Shown here piece by piece: positions 28,401 through 40,400 of a stretch of 64,000 bases of DNA. The position numbers were made by a program, and so were the translations under genes. The notes under the pieces were generated by a model that had not been told where the DNA came from, did not search any database, and worked only from the letters and a program-made list of their open reading frames with translations. Location: the NCBI GenBank assembly GCA_964106645.2, contig OZ067039.1. The stretch is one strand, 5' to 3'. Position 1 is the stretch's first letter; every line of letters begins with the position of its first letter. Source of the stretch: Podarcis pityusensis (lineage: Eukaryota).

Positions 28401-31400
28401 TAAATGGATGCCTCATTCTGCAGAAGCAGAGATCCACATTTGAGTGGCACAGTCAATCCAGACTCTGGTTTTCACCTTGGCTTCCAGGAAAGCATATTTG
28501 GATGCCCTTCTCCAAAATTTCATCAAAAGTGCATAGCAATGTATTCTGTAGCTAAAAGGCAGATGGAACAGCACACAACTGGATATGACGGGTGGCATGC
28601 TCCATCCCTCTAGGGCCTTCTCCACACCACAACAGCTCCTGTAGCATAAATTTGAGCCTCAATTCATTATTTTTTTTACTGAGACTTCAGGAATAATATT
28701 ATCCTAGCTATATAACAAAAATGCCAACCAATGCAGACCTACCCCCATAGACCTGGAAGGAGCGTAAGCTGCTTTAATGTCATTGGTGTCTGGTTAATCT
28801 AAACTATATTTCAAACTTAGCTCTGTATTCAGAAGTTGGAAAATATACCCAGGAAGAAATCAGTCTCCTTTTCTTTCTGTGTAGCTCCTCTGCTGAAACT
28901 GGTTTGGAAATACAGGTAAAGCTTCCTCTAATGCTGACTGCTTTCTACATCGGAAATGCCTGGAGTCAGCAAGAAACAACGAGGCTCTATCATGCATGTG
29001 TGTGAGATACAGAGGGACGGGTGCTTTTAAAGCTCTGTTCCATGATGCTTTTTTTCTCCCTGGAAGGGATCAGTGGGATGCTGGTGGCATGCTGTGTATG
29101 TAGCTCTGTTGAACAAGGCAGGGGGTAGGGTGGGGTGGAGGGCAGTAGGGGAAAAGATGACAGCACAAAGTGCTTTCAAAGGAGGATCACACAAAGCCAG
29201 CATCTCAGCTGCATCACCTGCAACAGCACCGCTAAGACCTGGTAAAGAAAAGGAGACGGAGGCTTGTTTTTAAGCAACCTGCATCCTAAACACAGGTATG
29301 AAGTTGAAAAACAGGCAAACAGGTTCTTGTATACTTTCCCTCACCAGAAGGTATGTTTGCACTGAAAGTGACCTCATCTGATAATGGCATAATATTGGTT
29401 AGCTGCATTTGGTTTTTTGATGAGAGATATTGTTTGCATCCTCTTTGAACCATGCCTCAAGCCCCCGCCCCCCAGCTGGTGGTGGCGGCAGTGAGACTTA
29501 GGGCAACTGGGATGTCCCTCTGGAGATGCAGAACCATAGTTTCTAATCCATCCTGCTTTTAAATTCTACCAATGTAGCCTGGCATCAGTGGCAAACCCCA
29601 TATGTTGCCAGCACAATATCACATGCACCTAAGATGTCTCAAATTAGCACTGACTTGCTGTCAAGTTTTATGAACAGCGGAGGCAACCAAGCCTTCCTCT
29701 CATAGGAACTCGGTGTGAAACGGGAATAACACAAGACGCAAGGGGAATTATATGAGAAGAATGAAAAGCACAGACACCAGAGAAACAGAGTAGTCTGTAA
29801 GAAAACCAAATGCCTAAGGAGCCATCAGCTTCATGGAAAACGTAAGAGCAGATATTATTAGAGACGGATAGCTCAGTTGCGTAGAGAGCTGATAAAACCA
29901 AGGTTGCAACTGCTAGGTTGGCAGGAGCAGGGACCAAGCAACGGGAGCTCACCCCATCACGGGGATTCGAACCGCCGACCTTCTGATCGGCAAGTCCTAG
30001 GCCCTGCGGTTTAACCCACAGCGCCACCCGCGTTCCTTTTTAGAAAAGTACTGGGAGGCAAAATAAGCATATATAATTGATAGTGGAAAAATTACTGTAT
30101 CAGACATCACCAGTTACTACTGGTGTGTATTATCATACAATGTCTTACATGTGAATTTGCTAAACAAAGCTCTGACTCCAACCACCCCTCACCCCAACTG
30201 TATAAAAATTCTTCAACAGAAGTTCCTAATCCCTTTGTAAAAGTCCAAACCAAGAGTTCTTTGACTAGGAAGCCCCCCTTACCTAAACAAGGTTGAAACT
30301 TGCTTATTTTAAATATGGGTGTCCACTGATTTCTTTGTCATTATATGCATTCTTTATATCTCTTATTTCTTTATCTTACACACCAGAACCATTTCCACTA
30401 ATTTTGGCTATGTGTTGACATGCTCTCATTAGAGTCTTATTAAGCTAATTACTCCCAATACAAAACAGGAAGTACATTTTTGAAAATCAGCTATCATGAT
30501 GATTAACCGTTCCAACAGCTACCATTAACATCGATTTAATTCCATTAGGGTTCCAGCAGCAAATCTTTAATAAGAATAACTCCTGTTTAAACAGCAAGTA
30601 AATTGAGTGTTGGTAATACAAAATCTATAGAGCACTGTGTTCCCTTCTCCCCCATATCAATCTAATTTATTCAGCTGTTCTTGCTCAGGGGTTTAAATGG
30701 ATAATTCACACAAGCTCTGTGGTAGGTAAAGAGAATAGGCAGGAATAGATGGAGAGGTGACAAAAATGATGCCAGACTTTTGATCACTTGGCAAAAGAAT
30801 GCTGGCACATAGCAGGAAAGGTGGCAGTAAACTCACATGCAGCAAAATGGGATTCATGCGCCAAGCCATAAATGGGAATGCATCATTATTTAAAGATGGG
30901 GCTTTATGGGAGGCTCATTCCTGCAAAATAGGCAGACGATAAATGCGTAGAGAAAACAAGAAGATAGTTTGAATCCAGCAGGAGGATCATAGAATCGTAT
31001 TGCTTCATAGTTGCACAGACCAGTGAGCAAACCCAAGCTAAACATTTTAAAGTGGTTAGGGAAGCTAATCAGATCAACTCTGGTCTATCTCCCAATAGCT
31101 CCCTCCTTCAATATAGCAAGGAATGGGGAAATCTGTCCATTTTGATCTCTCTTGGTTTCTCATTTATAAAATCTTAAAGTCAGTTTTCTGAATTTTCACA
31201 TCAGTTTGCATTTTTTTAAAAAAAAAATAAAAGTCCGCATGAAAGTTCATGATTTTAGTACAAATCTCTCCTAATCTTTTTGTATGCAATTTCCCCTAAT
31301 TCATGTCTTGCAAAGCCTATTTTCTTAATTCAATGCATTTTTATGTTAATTGCAATAATATATGGATTTTAATGCACAATTTATCTTAGTACATGCATTT

Positions 31401-34400
31401 TTGTACACATTACTTGGTTGGAGAAGTAAATTGCAAAATTCACAGAAGTGTGAATTGCAAAAGAATGGCAATGTTTCAGTTTGCATAGTGTTTTGGAATG
31501 TGCAAATTAGGTAGGTTCACCTTTAAATGAGAAATAAATTTACTTTCTCTCTTGTCCCTACATCTAAGACTTTGGGACATCCTTATTAGCAGCCCATGGA
31601 TCGCCATCTCAAAACTCACCACTTCTTGACTTCTGACGCTATTAGAGTAAGCTGAAAACACTCAAATGAGGCTTGTTCAACAGCAAGTTTGCGAGAGTTT
31701 TTGTAAAAAAAAAAGAAGAAGAGGGGGGGTTTCCTTTAAAAAGCTTAACAATTTTGAGGTCTTCCTAATAAAAGCTCAACAACTTTTGGGGTGTCCTGGT
31801 TATTACAATTTGGAATATGGCAAACCTATTTAAATCCCACAATCATTGAGGATCTGCAGTATTTGTTGATTCACAAATCCTCATGCATAATATCCACCTG
31901 AAACTCTGGGCCATCCTTCACAATGGCATAGCACCACATGGCTCCAGAGAATTTGATGTGTTTACAAGTAGCCGAGATTAGTGATACCAGAAAGTAGATC
32001 CTGCCTACTCTGAGTCATGTACCATACAAACATCTGCTTCAGAACCATTAGGGTTTAGAAACCATCATAAAGATAAAAAATGTACACAGGGCATTTAGCT
32101 CACAGCTTTTGCTAATCTTTGATATATAAACTGATTTCTTTCAAATTAATACATGTCTTGCTTAGCAAGGTGGGCTGAGCAAAAACGGATAAGGGCCCTG
32201 CATGGAGTATAACCAGAGTTGCACAGAAAGCAACACTCTTGACCTTTCCCTGTCCTCAAAATACTTGCTGTTGTGAAAGCAACTCAAGATGGCATCTGCC
32301 CCTTTTGTACCTGATTTCCATGAGCAAGCAATAATTGTAAAAGAAAACCCACCTACTGCGAAAAGAGCCATATTGCGCTCAGTGGTGATATTGGGCATCA
32401 TCACTAATGACAATCCTTGAATCCAAGCACATTGACTAGAGTGGATCCAGGCAGGAGCAGACACAAATATATACTAAAAATAGTACCTGAACGCCCACAC
32501 ACGAAACCACTGACCCCCAACAACCTGACATGAAAGCACAGCTATGTCCAGAAAATCCAGAATGAATATCCACAGTAAGGGACAGAGAACGAGTGAGTTG
32601 CAGAATCCCACATTCAGCTAGCGGCATTTTAATGACGTAGTCAGCAAAAGAGAACAAAATAACACTACTATAAATTACCACTCTGTTATTATTGTAAGTG
32701 ACAGCATAATCAATGAAAAGACAACGTGTGGCCAAAATAATTGTTTGTAATTTTTTTAAAAGTGCTTATTCATAGTGGGGAGGAAATAAATACAGTGAAT
32801 TGTATTTGTAGAACTGTAGTTGGAAGGGACCCACTGCAACATAGGAATCGAACCCACAACACTGTGATTAAGAGTCTCCTGCTCTACCAACAGAGCTATG
32901 GCCCATGTAGGGTGTGGTTGTGGGGTGTCCTCACATAGCACAGTGACCTTGATTTGACTTTCAAAGTTCTGAAAATGAGAAATACTACCACATCTGAACC
33001 CTGTTCTTCTGCCTCCTGGTTTCCAGTCAGAGCCAATTCATAGTACCCTTGATGTGTCATGAAGGACATGAGGGCCAAGTGGAAGCATATTGTAGCTGTG
33101 TCCCAGTCAAAGCAGCTGTTTAATTCCCTTGCTGCTTGCCCACAATATCATCTGGAATACCTTAGGAAGGGTAGGGAAAACTATGACTTGTCACCAGCTG
33201 GACAGTCTCCACCCACAGAAACCTGTCTTTATGTTGTGATCACCATCTGAGGTCCTGCTCAGTGTTGCTCTGCTTTCTTTTGGGCCACATCGGCAAGGCC
33301 GGGGGCGTGTGTGTGGGCTATTGTTATCTGGAAGGGCACTTTGGTGTTGCTAACACAGTGGTTTGATTTCACCACTGGAGGTGCACTCCACTGAGACAGA
33401 TGGATGCCAACAATCTGAGATAAACCAGGCTGGGGAAACTCAATGAATGAATCATAGAATTGGAAGGGACCACAAGTGCCATCTAGTCCAACCCCCTGCA
33501 ATGCAGGAGTCTTTGGCCTAATGTGGGGCTCAATCACACAACTCTGAGATTAAGAGCTTCATGAGATTAAGAGCTTCATGCTCTTAGCAACTGAGTTATC
33601 CTCCAAACTGCTGGACTCCAAACTTCCATCAGTCCCATCCAGTACAGTCAATAATTTACAGTCTCTATCCCTTCTAAAGTGAAAGAAGTTGAAGCTAGTT
33701 TAGCTTTCACCTCCTCTTCCTGTAAAGGAACACAGCAGAGCCAGTATCATCTTGCTTAGGACGGATAAGTGAAAGATCAAAGGCACCGTAAGCTCTGGGA
33801 TCACTCTGTCCCAGCCCCCTACGAATTATCGCATGTTTCCCTCAGATGAAGAGGTCCTTCTTTTCTTTAATTAGCTGTTGGATCCACAGGAGGTAGAGAA
33901 GCAAGCGAAATAACAAATCAGAGGAAAAAAGACTAGATCAAGGAAGTGAACCAGTAAGTTAGTGATACCTGCTACAGTCCTAGCACCTTAATCCACACTC
34001 CTTCACAAATGAATACTGCGCCAAAAGGATACGCCACATTTTTACAAGAAACTCTATCCTGCATTTGCCCGTAGACCTTTTAGTTTCCGATCCTTTCTGC
34101 AGGCACATTTTCCTTACATACCATGGCACAGATGGGTGATATTTTCATGCTGCAATGGTTATTGGGTTTTAATGTTACTTAGTGACAACTTTACAACATT
34201 TGTACAGTCACCTGTTCAAGCCCCCTGCTGTTTGATGCACTAAGGATTAAGCTTTAAAACTCTTAAATGAGCTTTAAAAGTGCCTGAAAAGGTTACACTG
34301 GTATTTTGCAAACTGAGTGTGCACATTAGCTACTGTTTTGAGAGGTTCTTCCTTTGTAGACTTTTTTTTTTTTAAAGAATGTCCTCCTATTGAATTACTT

Positions 34401-37400
34401 CCTTTTCTAAGCTTTCAAACAATTGCGTACCAGTAGTTTTATCACAGCAGGCCAGTCTACGGCTCCTGCCACAACCACAGATTTTTGTTTCATTTGCGCT
34501 CCCCCCCCCCATCTTTCAGGCTTGACTATCTTTGGGACCTTTCTGACTTAGATGCAGCTAAACACCTGGCTGCATAGATCTCGTGTTCCTGCTGCCTTTG
34601 TTCCTATGGACCTACAGTGATCTCATACACATATTTGACATTCCAGTCTTGGCTGACTTTGTGTTGCCAACACCACAGTGTGAGAGGTAACAAATGAATT
34701 AGAAGCAAAAGCCTCAATGGATGCAAATTAATATCCAGATATTTGTTAGAGGAAACCAGTGCTGTGCCATCTTTCAACTGAAGCAAGAAGAAACTGCATG
34801 ATGCATTTAGAGTCAGTGTGTGCCTTGGCAAGAGAGAAACCAAAGAAAGGATCCCAATGGATCAGCTGCATTGGAAATGTTAATTGCTCTATACTGCATT
34901 GCATTGTAGCTTGTATTCTAGGGCTGCCATATGTCTGGACATTACCAGGATTTCAAAAAAAGCTCAACAACCTGTGGACTTTTGGGGTGTCCTGGTTCTT
35001 ACTTTTTGAAACATTGTATTATATGTAGGTTTCCAGTTTCATTTATATTCCCTATTTGTTATTTTGTAATCTGTTTAGAGACTTAATATTAAGTAGTATG
35101 TAAAATATAAAATAAATAAATAGACAGACAGCTTTCACCCACCAGATCACATATTTGCCTTTTAATCTGCTCCCCCCCTCTGCTTTGTCTTTAGAAGTTC
35201 TCAAAACTCAATGTTTCATACACACTCTCTCACACACTTGCTTTGCTCTGCTTTACTTTCTTAGACCCTCTATTCATGTATTTTACTCCCCTTCCCCGCA
35301 ATCAAACCATGGTTGCTCTCATTCCCCCAACGATCGTAGGCTGTCCCTTCAGGACCCTAATTATCTCTTTGCTTGGTTATTTACAATTAAATGGGAAGAA
35401 ACTTGTTTCTTTGCTGCTTTCACAGTTGTTTGCTATAACCACTCAGCCTGCCCTGATGGGATCTTTGCTATGCACTCAATAATGTTTCAGCTAATTCTTA
35501 GGCTACTACAGAAGACTAACTTTTGCTCTGGCTGTGATAATTGTGTCTTCAGATCAACTGATTTCCAGCATGTTGGGGGGGGGGTCTTCTGCTCATAATA
35601 ATTGCTGGGGGTCAAGTTCCTTAATCTCTAGGGTTAGCAAAGCAGTTGAACATGATGTGAACTGATGTGACAGCACTGGGATAACAGTGATACCAATTTT
35701 ATGTACAGTGGTACCTCGGGTTACATACGCTTCAGATTACATACGCTTCAGGTTACAGACTCCGCTAACCCAGAAATAGTACCTCGGGTTAAGAACTTTG
35801 CTTCAGGATGAGAACAGAAATCGTGCTCCGGAGGCGCGGCAGCAGCAGGAGGCCCCATTAGCTAAAGTGGTGCTTCAGGTTAAGAACAGTTTCAGGTTAA
35901 GAACGGACCTCCGGAACGAATTAAGTACTTAACCCGAGGTACCACTGTACTAGATGATGTACAGTGTACCATTAATCTTCACAGAATGGGCCTGGCATTG
36001 CAGTTGTATCCATTCACATCTCCTTCTGCTAGCATGGCCCTTAAAAAAATTCAGTATTTTACAACCCCATTTTTAAAAACAGACTGTAAATCTGATATGT
36101 GAGGGATGTGTGCCACTTATTTCTATTAATAACAAAGCTTCCAGTTTCTCATTATTATGGAAACCTGGTTAAGGGTGACATATATGATGCTTTAAGTAAT
36201 TATGACAGCTCCTTCTTTCTAAAGAATAGCTGGTTTTCCTTAAAATGAATGTGCTGAGATTTGTGCTTTTAATTTTTTTAAGTATGATGTTCATGAGAAT
36301 GACTCATTAGGAACATATATTCAGAAATAATGGGCAAAACTTCCCCAAGCTGTTAAGTCCAATTTTGTTTTAACATAGAGAAAGAATTGGTTATCATGAG
36401 CATTTAATGGGGACTCTAAACTTTACACTGCTCTCTCTCTCTTTGTTCTTGTGAGAGAGTTTGAAGGAGGAACTAGTGTCAGAGTCCCTTAACCCAAGCG
36501 TGATTACAGGGTGACCTCATCCAAAGAAGTTGGGAGTAGGGAATTCTGCTCCTACTTACAGGGCCATATCTAGAGAGCAGCACTGGGTGGCTATACTTAG
36601 CCTCCCTGGCACTTGCTGCAATCTTGTCCCCAGTGCTCTTTAAGCCATTAGGAATGGTCATTGCGGGATTTGGAGCACTGTGTCATCAGTATAGTGATGA
36701 TATCCAGCTTCATTTCTCTATTAGCATATCCTGGACTCGTCTCTGGATGAAGTGGTAGGTTGGAGGAGGGAAAATAAACCAGAGACTGAATCCCGAAAAG
36801 GCAGAAGTCCTGTGGTTTGGTGGCTCCTGGGTCTGGGAATTTCATAGCTGCCCGCCCTCCATTTGAAGGAGCAAGTGTGCAGCTTGGGGTGCGGGTATGT
36901 GTGCGCACCCCTGAGGATGTTCTTAGATCTACCTTTCTCACTGGAGGCCCAAGTGGGTACAGCAACTACTTTTGGCTGGTTCTTCAGCTACAAATGTGTC
37001 CGGCCAGGGAGAGCCTCACCCCTTTGACTCATGCACAGGGAAACTCAAGGCTGGATGACTGTAATACATTCTCTTTGGGGCTGGCCTTATAGCTAGTGCA
37101 GCAGCTGCAGCTAGTGCAGAATGTTGCAGCTAGACTGCTTCCTGGAGCACCTTTTCATGTACATGCTAACATCTCTCTTACATGTGTTGCTATACCAGCT
37201 CCCAATATGCTGCTGAAGCTCTCAAGCTCTCGGGAGCAAGCTATTTTAAGGAAAATCTTCTCCCACATCATCTGACACCATCACTGAGGTCAGCTAGAGG
37301 CCCACATGGCTGTGCTGCTGCCTTGAAAGGTTCATCTTGCAATTACCAGGGATATGGCCTTTTCCATTGTGACACTCTCTCTGTGGAACCATCTCCCCTC

Positions 37401-40400
37401 TGAGTTATGGCAGGCACCCACATTAATCCCTGCTGCATATGGAGATTCAGGGGGGTTGGTTAATTTCTAACTTTTTCCCTAGTTCCAGGAATTTAGGGGA
37501 GTCTTGCTCCTCCCCCCAAACTTATAACAATATCAACATTTCTGATACCAAATTATTCCACTTCATAGAACTGACAAAGCCAGGGTTCAGTGTGTATGGA
37601 AATACTTGTGTTCTATATTAGGCAAAAGAGCCTAATATAAAAACTAAAAAAGTCAATTGCTCATAAGGTCCTTCATTTCTTTTTAAACAACCTATCCATG
37701 CAGATACATTTGGTGACATTGATTTGTTTGTTCTTAAGGGGTTTTTTTTTAGGGGGGGAAAGGTCACATTCACCATTTATAATCTCAGCAGAAGGGCCAG
37801 AGCTATCAATTCTCAGTTCTAATTCCCTATCTCATAACTGTCAGATTATGAAACTGCAAACTGTAAGCCTCAGGAGTTTACAGAAAAACATCTCCTTATT
37901 CTCTCCTGCCGCTTTAATCAGATGAATTAATAAAAGCAGGATTCAACATTTGCTATTCACTCCAATATTGAGGGGAGCGGGAGCGGAGGGAAATAGGACA
38001 TTGGATTCTCTAATCTTTTCTTAAAAAGAAAAGAAAAAGAAGATAGCACACTGAAACCCAGAGTACTCACTTACCAATCACCTTTCTACCCCAGTCCTAG
38101 GTTTTTCCAGCTGTGACATCTTTTAAGCCCCTCTGAGTGCATCACATAATAACCTTCTATCTATAAGGCAACAGTCCTACTCTATTTTGCCTTGGTCAGA
38201 CCACAACTGGAATACTGTGTCCAATTCTGGGCACCACAATTTAAGAAGGATGTTGCCAAGCTGGAACGTGTGCAGATGAGGGCAACCAAGGTGATCAAGG
38301 GTCTGGAAACCAAGCCTTATGAGGAGCGCTTGAATGAGCTGGGTATGTTTAGCCTGGAAAAGAGGAGACTGAGAGAAGGTATGATAGCCATCTTCAAAAT
38401 ATCTTAAAGGCTGTCACATGGAAGAGGGAGCAGGCTTGTTTTCTCCTGACTTGGAGGGTAGGATGTGAACCAATGGCTTCAAGTTACAAGAAAGCAGATT
38501 CCAACTAAACACACAGAAAAGCTTTCTGACAGTAAGAGCTGTCTGACAGTGGAACAGTCTCCCTCGGGAGGCTGTAGACTCTCCTTCCTTGGAGGCTTTT
38601 AAGCAGGTGTTGGATGGCTATTTGAGAGGGATGCTTTAGCTGAGATTCCTGCATTGCAAGGAGTTGGACTTGATGACCCTCTGAGTCCCTTACAACTCTA
38701 CAGTTCTATGATTCTATATTCCTAGGGACACTGGTGCTACAGGTTCTACTGCCTAGCAGACCCACCTCTAATCAACTGCAACCTTTCCCCAGCCTGGTAT
38801 GCTGAAAATGCTGTTGGATTCCAACTCCCAACAACCCTTCCCAGCATGACCAATGTCAGTTGAGAAGTGAGGGTTGCAATCCAACAACATCAGGAGGACC
38901 ACATGCTCCCCACCCTTTCCTGGTGGCAAACTCTTTCCCATGGGTGTTCCCAAAGATAGTTTATTTTTTAATCACCATGAGAAAAGCACACCAGGCAACA
39001 TAACTGCTTCTCTTGCATGCCCTTGGTGGGTTTTCTGTTATGGTAAGAGGGGTAATGGGAAGGGCAGAATAACTGCTAAGGTTGTCTCCCCATCACAGGA
39101 AGCAATACCTGAATTAGACAGAGATGACATTTCCCTCTGCGATTCAAACTATCAAAAATGAAGAATGTGAACTTTGCATCAACTTTTCTAGTTTCCCCTC
39201 CAGACTCCAAAGGAATGATCCACTTGGTACTATTATCAAAAGAATAACGAATTTCAAAAGCAATCCATCAATCCTTATTTCAGCTATGGAGACAAATTTT
39301 GAGTGAGGTCAAGAAAGGAAGGTCAAACAGCATGTGACAGATCCTAAGAGGACCTAAGTGTGCCTTCCCATTTAAGGCATAACGAAAACAAAGGTTAATC
39401 AGCCACATTGCATTAAGATTTCAGAAAACATGCTTGCTTGAAAGGACACATTTAGCACACCAAAGGGGCCTCAGCCACCATAATGTACATCCACTGATGC
39501 ATTAATACACCAGGATGGCACTAGGATCTACAATTATACCTGCAGAATTTGGTTTGCAGCTACTATTCTGACACAAGGAGCTACAAAATGAGAAGTAAAG
39601 CAACTGCATTAAACAGTAAGTGGCTATGCCAATAGGGAAGGGGGAGCTAGAAAAGAAGAAAAATGAGCACATCTGAAGGACAGCTTGTTTAATAGATTCA
39701 ATTATGTTCAGTACGTTCAATGCAACTTGCTTCCAAGGGGCAGAGCAATCTTAACCAAGGTGTGACTGAGCAGCATAGCCATTGCTGCATTTGCAACCCC
39801 ACTGCTTATGCTGGCTGAGGCATAAGTCAGGAGCAGAGGAAACTCTGCTCAGTGCGAGAAGAGTCTGGAGTAGGTGCAGTCATCGGTCCTAATGCTGGAT
39901 TGGGTGGAATGTCGTCAAGTGTCAGTCGTGTACCCAGCTCAGGATACATTGGATTCCAGGCCAGCAAAACCACTCCTCCTCTCCTGAATGCTCTGTTGGG
40001 GGGCTTTCCTTGGACTACTGTTGATGAGAATATAACCTGCAGGAACTCTACCTGCCCATACTTTCATTAGGTGGGATAGAGAGCTCCATATGGGAGGAGT
40101 GACACTGACATCACTAGGGGTAGAGTTCTTTATGAAGATGCCACCAGGTCGGTGATGTCTCTAACCCCGTTATGAGACTTTATTCCTTTTTTATATTATG
40201 TTGAAAAACATATTTAAAATTTCCCATGACCTCTGAAATTAAATGGAATGATAAGAATTTAGGACTCTGTATGGGAAGTGGGGGACAAAGTCAACCTGAT
40301 GTTTCAGGGGGAAAGTTGGGTTTCACAGAACTAGAAGCCAAAGTATTTGATCGACCCTTTGACACTGAACAACACTGACACAGACCTATGGGAACTGGAG

